In this document: piece by piece, positions 10,436-19,297 of the stretch
Position numbering within the stretch: position 1 is the first letter of the stretch
Layout of the letters: each line of letters starts with the position of its first letter
NCBI GenBank assembly: GCA_964412225.1
Contig: CAYPNB010000004.1
Span: forward strand, 16,170 to 80,169
Length of the DNA stretch: 64,000 nt
DNA from: an uncultured bacterium
GTDB taxonomy: Bacteria > Hydrothermota > Tepidihabitantia > Tepidihabitantales > Tepidihabitantaceae
Direction: 5' to 3'
The notes under the pieces: generated by a model
The model's database searches: none
Seen by the model: the letters and a program-made list of their open reading frames with translations, nothing else
What the model was told of the DNA's origin: nothing
Translations under genes and position numbers: made by a program

Positions 10436-11332
10436 TCAGTAGCCAAAACCAATTGCCAGTCGATGGGCAGCGCCGAGGTTAAATTCGAGCGGCGAGAAGG
10501 CGTAGTCAATCCTGATTTTATTTCTGGTTAAGCCCAGACCGAAGTTGAGGTTGCCGGCGGTGTTACCGAGGTCATAGCCGGCGCGCAAGGAGAGGAACTG
10601 ATTTAGTTGAAATTCGGCTCCAATCTGAAGCGCTGTTTTTTGGGAGTAAAAAAAGTAGGAGCCATCAATGGCACCGGTGAATCGGTTGTTGCCCAACGGT
10701 AGTTGATAGCCAATTCCCAGCCGAGCCCGGGCGGGAAGCCAGAAAACATCCCGCCGATAACTCAGGGTTCGACCAAAGTCCACCACCGCCAAGCCAATGG
10801 TGAGATTTTTAAGCGGTGCGGAGCGGACTCCCACGTCGGCACCGAAACCGTTGAGTTCGGAACTCATGATTTTGGAATAGAAATAGCGGACAGTGATACC
10901 GGTAACCGCATAACGATGCCAGAATTTGGCCAGGTTGAAATAGCCGGTGATGTCAACCGGGGTAAAAGTTCCCAGCGGTTCGGCAGTTGGTCTATCGGTT
11001 CGGTATTCAAATTTGCCATTGGTAAAACTGGTCACCCCTCCTCCAACAACAAGATACCGGCAGTCCCGGATAAGAAAAAGCGATTGGTGGCGAGTGTCAA
11101 GAAACCATTTGGTATAATCAGCCTGAATTGAGAAAGGGGAGATGAATGCGCTGTTTGCCGGGTTATAAACAAGCGCCTGCGGTCCAGTACCGGTGGCGGT
11201 GCCACAGCCTGCCATTGCCGCCTCGCGGGCACCGACTGGGATTTTTAACCAGGCACAACCAACCTGTCTTTCGGTACTGAAACCTATCCCGAATAACACT
11301 ATTAACGTTAGTCCCGAAACCTGGAGCCGCAA
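10436..11332 (-). CDS. Putative outer-membrane beta-barrel protein (PorV/UPF0164-like pattern).
   Basis: 298 aa. N-terminal hydrophobic signal. Motif GAREAAMAGCGTATGTGPQALVYNPA. Alternating amphipathic strands. C-terminal ...AIGFGY with terminal aromatic. Confidence 0.4.
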   Translation of the reverse strand: MRLQVSGLTLIVLFGIGFSTERQVGCAWLKIPVGAREAAMAGCGTATGTGPQALVYNPANSAFISPFSIQADYTKWFLDTRHQSLFLIRDCRYLVVGGGVTSFTNGKFEYRTDRPTAEPLGTFTPVDITGYFNLAKFWHRYAVTGITVRYFYSKIMSSELNGFGADVGVRSAPLKNLTIGLAVVDFGRTLSYRRDVFWLPARARLGIGYQLPLGNNRFTGAIDGSYFFYSQKTALQIGAEFQLNQFLSLRAGYDLGNTAGNLNFGLGLTRNKIRIDYAFSPLEFNLGAAHRLAIGFGY

Positions 11333-11335
11333 CCG

Positions 11336-12457
11336 TTACTCCTCAATGATTTCAACGTTGGCACGGGGCAAAACAACCCGTTCGCCGGATTCCAGTTCTA
11401 CTTCCAGCACCCGTACTTTGGCTTCGGTTTCAATTGTCTTCAGTTCTACTGGTAGCGCCACCACCCGGCCGATTTTGCCAAAATAGGGTTGGCGAATGAT
11501 GCGTACCGCCATGCCGATCGCCAATCCGCCTTCTGATTGGCTGGTTTTGATTTCCCCATCGCCGCCGTTGCAAGGAACAATTACTTCTGGGCGGATTACG
11601 CCGGCGCGGATCTGGGTGGCACCGTTGACCGAAGCCATTTTTCCCTCCAGAGAGGCGAGGAGGTCAAAGGTGCGCTTTGCCATCCGCATTTCCCCAAAAC
11701 CCTCGGTAACGATGATTGTGAGGCCAGTTTTTTCGGAACCGGTAATTGCCACACCGATGTCGTAACCGAGAAATTTTCTCAAGGTGGCATCCTCAATGCC
11801 GCCGGCGACTATCGCTCGGGCGCCGATTTTGAGCGCCTGCTGGATTGCTTCATAGAGGACAAGAGAGCCTCCGATTAATACTTTATCCCGGCAACTTTCG
11901 TCAATTTTTTCCGGTGTCAGCGGCTCATCTGGTGATTGCGAAACTTTTTTGAGGAATCCGCGGGTTTCACCACCAACACCGAAAATTCCCTGGATTAAAC
12001 TGACATCGTTTACTACAACCACTCCTTCGCCGGGAAGTATTTCATCAACCACTCCCTCAATGTAGGCATCAACTTGAACCGGCTGGGGTGGCTCCCGGAT
12101 GATAACCTGACCGGTTACCGGGGAGATGCTTTCAATTGTCCCGGTTACCGGGGCCCGGATTTCGGTTTTGAACAGACCAAACAGTCCCCTGGAACGGGCG
12201 ATAATTTCATCTTTTTTTATTGGATCGCCCACTTTTTTTATCATCAGATGCGGAACGTCTTCCGGCGGTACACCAAGAATACCCGCCACATTTATGGTCT
12301 GGACATTTCCCGGTACTGCCGTGCGGGCAACGATATCATCTCCTTTCACCGATTGCCCTTTCTGGACCAGAATTTCACCTGGTAGGGGTAAGCGCCGCAC
12401 CTTGTGAATGTGGGTGCGGCGTGTTACTTTTAACCCTGGTGTATAAGCGTGTGCCAT
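11336..12457 (-). CDS. Conserved hypothetical protein with an N-terminal biotinyl/lipoyl-like barrel-sandwich region. Function unknown.
   Basis: 373 aa. It heads a minus-strand operon (this gene, OMP, accA, era) with 3-4 nt gaps. No recognised catalytic motif. Confidence 0.3.
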   Translation of the reverse strand: MAHAYTPGLKVTRRTHIHKVRRLPLPGEILVQKGQSVKGDDIVARTAVPGNVQTINVAGILGVPPEDVPHLMIKKVGDPIKKDEIIARSRGLFGLFKTEIRAPVTGTIESISPVTGQVIIREPPQPVQVDAYIEGVVDEILPGEGVVVVNDVSLIQGIFGVGGETRGFLKKVSQSPDEPLTPEKIDESCRDKVLIGGSLVLYEAIQQALKIGARAIVAGGIEDATLRKFLGYDIGVAITGSEKTGLTIIVTEGFGEMRMAKRTFDLLASLEGKMASVNGATQIRAGVIRPEVIVPCNGGDGEIKTSQSEGGLAIGMAVRIIRQPYFGKIGRVVALPVELKTIETEAKVRVLEVELESGERVVLPRANVEIIEE

Positions 12458-13074
12458 ATCAATTTAGCATAGGCAGAAAAAAGCCGGTGTCAAGAACTCC
12501 CATTTTCTTGCTGCCGATAGTAGTCGTTGAAGTTACTCCGTCTTTTTCGGACAAAAAGAGTTTTATAAAAACCGCATCCAGCAGCGGGCCGGAGAGCAAA
12601 GATCAAAAGATTAAACGAAGGAAATTAATGCAGTTTCGTTATCTATAAAATATATAGCCGCAATCTTGAGGTTTCCCAAATTTCACCATCAAGACGAGAA
12701 TTTTAAAAATGGGTAGAAGTTATCAAGGAAAATCAACCGGGTTAAATTAGAATGGGCTCTCTGTCTTCATCTTAAATGTGGTGCAATAAACCGCCGGGAG
12801 TTCAGGATTTGAAGCATACTCCATCTGGCTAACTGTTTGGATGATAAAATACTGGCCAATCCAGTAACGTCTGGTTTGTGACTGGGCGGTAATCTTTGTT
12901 ATGCGGGGAGATTCATGGTACCGCTTGCTGCTGCTGGTAATTTTGTTTCTTGATATTTCTAAGAGGCAAAATTTTTCGGAGGTTAAACTACACCCTTATA
13001 AGAGGTGAGGAACGCTAATTTTCATTATTACTTTGATCTTAACGGCGTAAAATAAATCTAATTGATTGAAAAAT

Positions 13075-13090
13075 AATATGTTAACATATT
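13075..13090. promoter_or_regulatory. Perfect palindrome AATATGTTAACATATT immediately upstream of the dcw promoter -35. A half-site repeat ATATGTTAA lies at 13099-13107.
   Basis: Reverse-complement identity was checked by eye. It lies 46 bp upstream of the TTGACA. Confidence 0.5.
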
Positions 13091-13135
13091 TTCGTATGAT
13101 ATGTTAATAATCCGTTAGTAAGATAAAAATTTTTC

Positions 13136-13163
13136 TTGACATATGGTATTGTGGGGATATAGT
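13136..13163 (+). promoter_or_regulatory. Near-consensus sigma70 promoter of the dcw (mraZ) operon.
   Basis: TTGACA at 13136-13141, a 16-nt spacer, then TATAGT at 13158-13163. An AT-rich UP-like tract lies upstream. Confidence 0.55.
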
Positions 13164-13207
13164 AATGAAGAGCACTAATATGTGGTTAACTATGTGGATT
13201 AGTGGGG
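13150..13207 (+). promoter_or_regulatory. Candidate MraZ operator: four direct repeats of TGTGG(G/T/A)-type boxes between the -10 and the mraZ start.
   Basis: TGTGGGG at 13150, TGTGGTT at 13181, TGTGGAT at 13193 and AGTGGGG at 13201. E. coli MraZ binds TGGGN direct repeats in Pmra (established knowledge). Confidence 0.4.
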
Positions 13208-13229
13208 AAAAATGAGAGAGAGTTAGGTT

Positions 13230-13751
13230 ATGGTGGCACGAGGCAGATTTTTTGGGAATTTTGAATATACTATCGATGGTAAAGGCAGGCTCGCGGTCCC
13301 CGTAACGTTTCGAAAGAAGCTCGGTCCGGACGAGGATGCATTTATCCTTATACCGGGGCGATTTAATACAATAGAAGTCCACCCCTACAGCGAATGGAGC
13401 GATTACGAGGACCGCGTCCTGCGCCACCAGCCTGAACATACTGAAGAGGCGCAGCGATTTTCAATTTTGGCATATTCTATGGCCGGAGAAGCAACTTTAG
13501 ATGTCCAGGGAAGAATTCTTCTTCCCAAGCATTTGCGGGATTGGGCGGGAATTGCCCAGAATGTGATCATTGCCGGTGCCGGCAGGTTTTTTCTGATCTG
13601 GGAGCCTGAAAAGTATCGGCAGTTCGTAGCAGAAGCAATGCCCAGGTATCAGAGGGACCGTGATGAGGCAGCCCGTCAGGGTTGGGAAAGGATGGGGCAA
13701 TTTGGATTCGGGGCCGGCCAAGATTTTTCACGTTCCGGTCCTGGTCAATGA
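13230..13751 (+). CDS. mraZ: Transcriptional regulator MraZ.
   Basis: Duplicated SpoVT/AbrB-like halves (DGKGRLAVP... and DVQGRILLPK...). First gene after the promoter. The C-terminal tail overlaps the rsmH start. Confidence 0.85.
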   Translation: MVARGRFFGNFEYTIDGKGRLAVPVTFRKKLGPDEDAFILIPGRFNTIEVHPYSEWSDYEDRVLRHQPEHTEEAQRFSILAYSMAGEATLDVQGRILLPKHLRDWAGIAQNVIIAGAGRFFLIWEPEKYRQFVAEAMPRYQRDRDEAARQGWERMGQFGFGAGQDFSRSGPGQ

Positions 13752-14655
13752 GGTGCTGGAGGTTCTGGCACCATGTTTTGGGACCGGGACAATAGTTGAT
13801 GCAACGGTTGGGGGAGGGGGGCATGCGGCAGCAATTGCCCGACGGATTGCTGAAAAGGTAAGCGGGAGTGAAACTCGGGGTCGTTTAATCGGGCTGGATG
13901 TTGACCCCGAGGCGATCGCGGCAGCAGCGCGTACTTTGGCGGATTTTGGTTGCCGCACGGTGGATTTTTTAGAAAGAGATTGGCGAGAATTTAAAGAGAT
14001 GATACTTCTGGTGCGTAGTAGTTATGTGAATATTGGTCAGGTGGTGGAACGTTTAAACGTTTTTCCGGTTACCGGGGTGCTAATGGATTTAGGAATTTCG
14101 TCGGCACAGCTGGATTCCGAGCGCGGTTTTGCTTTTGATCGGGACACGCCATTGGATATGCGGTTTGATTCGGATAGCAGTAGGCCGACGGCGTTAACTG
14201 TTTTGCGACGGGCATCGTTGCAAGATTTAAGGTTTTGGTTGAAGGAGTACGGAGAGGAACCTTTGAGCGGGCGGATCAGCCGTCGGATTTATGAGTGGAA
14301 AAACAGGATTAAAACTACGCGGGACCTAGCAGGAGTTGTGGCTGGTGTTGTGCCCAGACAGGGGTTACGGAAGCGGCTGGCGCGGGTTTTTCAGGCTTTG
14401 CGGATAGTGGTGAACAATGAATTGGATACTCTTAAGAAGGGTTTAAAGGCAGCGGTGGATGTGCTTGCTCCCGGGGGGCGTCTGGTAGTGATATGTTATC
14501 AGTCCGGCGAGGACCGGTGTTTTAAGGAATTGTTTCGGCAGGAGAGAAGTCGTTTGCGGCTGCTTACCGCCAAACCGATCAGGCCATCAGTTGATGAAGT
14601 TCGAGTCAATCCGCGCGCCCGGAGTGCCCGGTTGCGAGCGGTAGAAAGGATTTGA
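13660..14655 (+). CDS. rsmH: 16S rRNA (cytosine1402-N4)-methyltransferase RsmH.
   Basis: HVPVLVNEVLE..., DATVGGGGHA, LMDLGISSAQLD. The start is uncertain: the ATG at 13660 overlaps mraZ by 92 nt, and an in-frame TTG at 13702 is an alternative. Confidence 0.85.
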   Translation: MMRQPVRVGKGWGNLDSGPAKIFHVPVLVNEVLEVLAPCFGTGTIVDATVGGGGHAAAIARRIAEKVSGSETRGRLIGLDVDPEAIAAAARTLADFGCRTVDFLERDWREFKEMILLVRSSYVNIGQVVERLNVFPVTGVLMDLGISSAQLDSERGFAFDRDTPLDMRFDSDSSRPTALTVLRRASLQDLRFWLKEYGEEPLSGRISRRIYEWKNRIKTTRDLAGVVAGVVPRQGLRKRLARVFQALRIVVNNELDTLKKGLKAAVDVLAPGGRLVVICYQSGEDRCFKELFRQERSRLRLLTAKPIRPSVDEVRVNPRARSARLRAVERI

Positions 14656-14659
14656 CGCA

Positions 14660-15016
14660 ATGGTAACCAAACGGAGTTTACGGGCGATTGTTATTGTTTT
14701 TGCACTGTCCGGGGTGGCGATACTCTATCTTTCCCAGCATTGTTGGAGTGTCCGACTTACCCAGGAGCTGGTGCGGGTACAAGAGGAGCGGAAGGTTCTT
14801 GCCGAGGAGGTAGATAGTCTGGAGGTGGAATTAAGTAAAGTGCAGAGTTTTTGTCGACTGGATTCTTTGATCGGTGGCAGGAGAGCGACAACTCTGGTAC
14901 AATCAGCAATGGTTACCAATTCCCACGCGGTGGTCTCTGGCGATGGCCAGGAGGCAATAACCCAAACCACCTCATCACTTATAGCCGAGACCGTAGATCA
15001 GAAATTTGATAGATGA
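14660..15016 (+). CDS. ftsL: Cell division protein FtsL-like (bitopic, TM helix followed by coiled coil).
   Basis: 118 aa. One N-terminal TM helix (AIVIVFALSGVAILYL), then a heptad-like segment. Sits between rsmH and ftsI, with an ATGA overlap with ftsI. Confidence 0.55.
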   Translation: MVTKRSLRAIVIVFALSGVAILYLSQHCWSVRLTQELVRVQEERKVLAEEVDSLEVELSKVQSFCRLDSLIGGRRATTLVQSAMVTNSHAVVSGDGQEAITQTTSSLIAETVDQKFDR

Positions 15017-16722
15017 AACAGTTGCGGCGGCGAACGAGGTTACTGGAGTTAGGGGTTTTGTTGGTATGGGTGGGGTTGGTGGGGAAGTTGTTTGATGTCC
15101 AAATTATTCACGGGCGTCACTGGAGGCGGAAGGGTGAAGCTCTTTACTACAAACGCGTGGATTTACTCGGTGAGCGGGGTAAGTTTTATGACCGTAAGGG
15201 GAGACTTTTAACCCTTAATCGTTCCTGCTGTTCAGTGGGAATTTTGCCCCAGTGGGTGAAAAACAGGGATAATCTGGTGCGTCTCCTTAGTGAATTGGGG
15301 CTGGGTTCGGAAGAGGAAAATAGAGACTTGCTTAAAAAACATCGTAAGTTTTTCTGGTTTCGGCGGTGTATTGATCATCGGCTGGGCGATTCTCTGCGGA
15401 GGGCTTTAATTAAATGCCAGCTCAGTAACGCCGTCCTCATTTATGATGATTATAAACGACTTTATCCTTATGGGGGAGTGGCGGATGTAGTTGGATTTGT
15501 TGGTGCGGAGCGGGGATTGGCGGGGTTAGAGTGGGAATTGGATGCGGTCCTGAGGGGTGAGCCGGGCTGGCTGCTTTTACAGCGAGACGCCAAGGGTTAC
15601 GCCTCTCCTTATCCTAGTCACCCGATGAAGAGACCGATCCCAGGAGCAGATGTTTATTTGACAATTGATATTGATATTCAGAAATTCTGTTATGAGATAC
15701 TGGCAGAAGGTGTTAATCGAACTGGAGCCAAGCGGGGGGCGGTAGTCGTTCTGGATGCTCGGACCGGGGCGATACTGGCGATGGTAGACTATCCGAGTTA
15801 TGACCCGAACCGGTTTGCTGATTATCCTCAGGGGAACTACAAGGCAGATGCGGTGAGTGATCAATTTGAACCCGGGTCCAGTTTTAAGCTGGTTACCTGC
15901 GCAGCGGCGTTAGAGGATCCGGTGCCGGAGCGATTTACCAACCGGGTTTATGATGTTTCGTCCGGGTTTATTCAGCTTGGGAACAAGAAAATTAAGGACG
16001 TTCATCCCAATGGAGTGTTAAGTTTTGACAGCGTTTTTATTAATTCCTCCAATTCTGCATGTGTGATGATGTCATTTGACTTAAATCCAGAACTTTACTA
16101 TCAGGTAGTGAGGCGACTGGGGTTTGGCGAACCGGTGGGAATAGGGTTGCCCAATGAAGGTGCCGGTAGAATTGACGCCCCCCCGCAGTTGCGGAATCGG
16201 CTGCGGTTTGCAACGATATCTTTTGGGCAAGGGGTGACGGTAACGCTGCTTCAGTTAGCGGCCGCCTATCTGACTGTGGCTAATAACGGTGTTTACCTTA
16301 AGCCTTTTCTTATTGAAAAAATTCAGCAGGGGGGGAGGAAACTGGTACAATATACCCCAGTGCCGGTGCGTCAGGCATTGAAGGTGACTACGGCGCAGAG
16401 GATTAAGGACATTCTTTCCCGGGTGGTGAAGAACGGTACGGGTAAACTGGCGGCGATAGAAGGGACCGAAGTTTGTGGCAAGACGGGTACCGCCCAGAAA
16501 GTTGAACCGCGGGGGGGATATTCAAGCACCCGCTCATTGATGACCTTTGTTGGGTTTTTCCCGCGCGAGCAGCCGCGGTATGTGATTGGGGTAATGATAG
16601 ATGAGCCGACAACGGTGCGTTTTGCCGGCAGTGCTGCCTGCCCGGTTTTTAAGAAAATTGGGGAAAAGCTGTTGCACCTGGAAAAATACGAGGAGAGATT
16701 GGAAGTGGGATGGCGAAGATAA
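15013..16722 (+). CDS. ftsI: Peptidoglycan D,D-transpeptidase FtsI (PBP3).
   Basis: 569 aa. N-terminal TM. Motifs SSFK (GSSFKLVT), SSN and KTGTA. Confidence 0.9.
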   Translation: MKQLRRRTRLLELGVLLVWVGLVGKLFDVQIIHGRHWRRKGEALYYKRVDLLGERGKFYDRKGRLLTLNRSCCSVGILPQWVKNRDNLVRLLSELGLGSEEENRDLLKKHRKFFWFRRCIDHRLGDSLRRALIKCQLSNAVLIYDDYKRLYPYGGVADVVGFVGAERGLAGLEWELDAVLRGEPGWLLLQRDAKGYASPYPSHPMKRPIPGADVYLTIDIDIQKFCYEILAEGVNRTGAKRGAVVVLDARTGAILAMVDYPSYDPNRFADYPQGNYKADAVSDQFEPGSSFKLVTCAAALEDPVPERFTNRVYDVSSGFIQLGNKKIKDVHPNGVLSFDSVFINSSNSACVMMSFDLNPELYYQVVRRLGFGEPVGIGLPNEGAGRIDAPPQLRNRLRFATISFGQGVTVTLLQLAAAYLTVANNGVYLKPFLIEKIQQGGRKLVQYTPVPVRQALKVTTAQRIKDILSRVVKNGTGKLAAIEGTEVCGKTGTAQKVEPRGGYSSTRSLMTFVGFFPREQPRYVIGVMIDEPTTVRFAGSAACPVFKKIGEKLLHLEKYEERLEVGWRR

Positions 16723-18209
16723 AAAGACTTGCCGATTTGATTCGCGGAATTCCCTGCGAGGTTCGGGGTAATGTTAATATTGAGGTCAAGGGCATTGCCT
16801 ATCACTCGGCTTTTGTCCAACCGGGATTTTTGTTTGTGGCAATTGAAGGGTTCCGGGAAAGCGGTCGCAACTATATTGAGGAGGCGATAAACCGAGGGGC
16901 AGTGGCGGTGGCTACGACCAGAATGGGAGACGTTCATAAATCCTGGGTGACGGCAATTCAGACTCAGTTTCCCCGACGATTTCTTGCTCAGGTAGCCAAC
17001 CGGTTTTATGATTTTCCCTCGCGAAAAATTATTCTCATCGGAGTTACCGGGACTAACGGCAAGACAACCGTTTGTTTTATGCTGAGAGAGGTGTGTCGTC
17101 AGATGGGGGTAGAACCCGGTTTTATCGGAACCATAGAATATTTTGACGGTAAGGAGCGCAGGACATCAAACCAGACGACACCGGAAAGTCTGGATTTTGC
17201 TCAGTTGCTCGCCCAGATGGTAGAGCGAGGCGTTTCTGTTGCTATCAGTGAAGTCTCTTCCCATTCATTAGAACTGGACCGGGTTTTTGACATAGATTTC
17301 CGGGTGGGCGTTTTTACCAATCTCAGTCCAGAACATCTTGATTTTCATCGGACGATGGATAACTACCGAAAGGCAAAGATGAAACTCTTTGAGAGTTTAT
17401 CGCCTAAAGCCTATGCGGTGGTTAATTTTGATGACCGGATGGGAAGAGATATACCCTATTTTACCAGGGCCCAGGTGGTGTCTTATGGTACAAGACCAGA
17501 CTTGGAGCCGGTGCCGGATGTGTCCGGAAGGGTGGTGGCGGTTAGAAATGACGGTTTGGATTGTGCGGTCCGGGTGGACAAGGAAGAGGTTATCTGCAGA
17601 CTGCAGTTGATTGGCAGGTATAATATTGGGAATGTTCTTGCCACGGTGGCGGTGGGAAAAGCACTGAACTGGCCTTTAGCGCAGGTTGTTGCTGGACTGG
17701 AGCGGTTAACCAATGTACCTGGTCGTTTAGAGCGTGTCGCTAATGACCTGGGGATTAATGTATTTGTTGATTATGCCCATACACCGGATGCACTACAAAA
17801 GGTTCTGGAGACAGTCCGGGAGTTTACCCGGGGGAGGGTGATTGTGGTATTTGGTTGTGGCGGTGACCGGGATCGAGCCAAAAGACCTTTGATGGGAAGG
17901 GTAGCGGTGCAACTGGCAGATTTGGTGGTGGTTACCTCTGATAACCCAAGGAGCGAGGACCCGGGGGCGATTATTCTTGAGATTACCGGGGACCCGATGG
18001 TCAAAGGGTTAAAGGAGAAGGTGGTTACTGAGGTGGACCGGCGGACGGCGATAATGATCGCACTGAAAGAAGCCCGGGCACAGGATACGGTGGTAATTGC
18101 CGGCAAAGGTCATGAGGATTACCAGATAATCGGCAGCGAAAGGCGCCATTTTGATGATCGGGAGGTGGCGAAGGAGATTCTTGCGGAAATTAGCAGGGGA
18201 GGCGGGTGA
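16710..18209 (+). CDS. murE: UDP-N-acetylmuramoyl-L-alanyl-D-glutamate--2,6-diaminopimelate ligase MurE.
   Basis: 499 aa. GVTGTNGKTT P-loop. The DNPR motif (VTSDNPRSEDP) indicates meso-DAP specificity. Confidence 0.9.
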   Translation: MAKIKRLADLIRGIPCEVRGNVNIEVKGIAYHSAFVQPGFLFVAIEGFRESGRNYIEEAINRGAVAVATTRMGDVHKSWVTAIQTQFPRRFLAQVANRFYDFPSRKIILIGVTGTNGKTTVCFMLREVCRQMGVEPGFIGTIEYFDGKERRTSNQTTPESLDFAQLLAQMVERGVSVAISEVSSHSLELDRVFDIDFRVGVFTNLSPEHLDFHRTMDNYRKAKMKLFESLSPKAYAVVNFDDRMGRDIPYFTRAQVVSYGTRPDLEPVPDVSGRVVAVRNDGLDCAVRVDKEEVICRLQLIGRYNIGNVLATVAVGKALNWPLAQVVAGLERLTNVPGRLERVANDLGINVFVDYAHTPDALQKVLETVREFTRGRVIVVFGCGGDRDRAKRPLMGRVAVQLADLVVVTSDNPRSEDPGAIILEITGDPMVKGLKEKVVTEVDRRTAIMIALKEARAQDTVVIAGKGHEDYQIIGSERRHFDDREVAKEILAEISRGGG

Positions 18210-19297
18210 TGCTTTATCATTTTCTGAGTCCTCTTTCCGAAAGTTTCACACCCTTTAATCTTTTTCGTTATATCACATTTCGGGCGGCGATGGCTGGAGC
18301 GGTGGCAATAATTCTGACCTTGGCTCTGGGGGGGGCGTTGATTCGGCTGGTTAGAAGATTGCAACTGGGACAGAACATCCGGGCAGAGGTTCCGGACCGG
18401 CATAAACAGAAGGCAGGAACTCCAACAATGGGTGGGGTATTGATTCTGGTAGCGGCGATTATCGGCGTGCTTCTTTTTGGTGACTTAAGCAACAGGTTGG
18501 TGCTTTTAGGCCTGGCAGTGCTGGTGCTTCTGGGGTTGCTGGGATTATGGGATGACTACGTTAAAGTGCGAGGGGGGAGGGCAAGGGGAATAAATAAGCG
18601 AACCAAGTTAGCAGGACAGTTTTTCGTCGCCCTTCTGGTGGGCGCGGTGCTCTATTTTTTCCCGGTTGACCCGGCGCTGAAAACCAAGACTAACTTTCTG
18701 TTGTTTAAAAACATCGTGATTGACTTCGGTCTCAGCTACATTCCCTTGGTAATGCTGATCCTAGTGGGGTCTTCCAATGCGGTAAACTTGAGTGACGGCT
18801 TGGATGGACTGGCTGCCGGACTGCTTTCGGTGGCGTTCGTTGCCTATGCTTTTCTCTGTTATGTTTCCGGGCATACGAAGATTGCCGGGTATCTTAACAT
18901 TCAATATGTCGCCGGAAGCGGGGAAATGACAGTTTTCTGCTTTGCCATTGCCGGAGCGGCACTGGGGTTTCTCTGGTTTAACGCCCATCCGGCAGAAGTG
19001 TTTATGGGCGATACCGGTTCTTTGCCCCTAGGGGGGGCGCTGGGTTTAGCAGCGATTGTGTCCAAACATGAGTTGCTTCTGCCCATCATCGGTGGGGTGT
19101 TTGTGCTGGAGGCGGGGTCGGTGTTGCTGCAAATTGTTGTATTCCATTCCACTCGCGGCAAGCGGTTGTTTAGAATGGCGCCCCTTCATCACCATTATGA
19201 GTTGATGGGCTGGGCGGAGCCGAAGATAGTGACGAGGTTTATGATTTTAGCGGTGCTGTTTGCGATGCTCGCCCTAGCAACATTAAAAGTGCGATGA
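18206..19297 (+). CDS. mraY: Phospho-N-acetylmuramoyl-pentapeptide transferase MraY.
   Basis: 363 aa polytopic membrane protein. KAGTPTMGG, NAVNLSDGLDGLA and HHHYEL motifs. It directly follows murE with a 4-nt overlap, with no murF between them. Confidence 0.9.
   Translation: MMLYHFLSPLSESFTPFNLFRYITFRAAMAGAVAIILTLALGGALIRLVRRLQLGQNIRAEVPDRHKQKAGTPTMGGVLILVAAIIGVLLFGDLSNRLVLLGLAVLVLLGLLGLWDDYVKVRGGRARGINKRTKLAGQFFVALLVGAVLYFFPVDPALKTKTNFLLFKNIVIDFGLSYIPLVMLILVGSSNAVNLSDGLDGLAAGLLSVAFVAYAFLCYVSGHTKIAGYLNIQYVAGSGEMTVFCFAIAGAALGFLWFNAHPAEVFMGDTGSLPLGGALGLAAIVSKHELLLPIIGGVFVLEAGSVLLQIVVFHSTRGKRLFRMAPLHHHYELMGWAEPKIVTRFMILAVLFAMLALATLKVR

Noticed and set aside
13104-13439. 111-aa minus-strand ORF spanning the mraZ promoter and start.
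   Set aside because: Overlaps the strong mraZ promoter and the mraZ 5' coding region. AT-rich spurious frame.
16371-16937. 188-aa minus-strand ORF across the ftsI/murE junction.
   Set aside because: Antisense to two high-confidence dcw genes.
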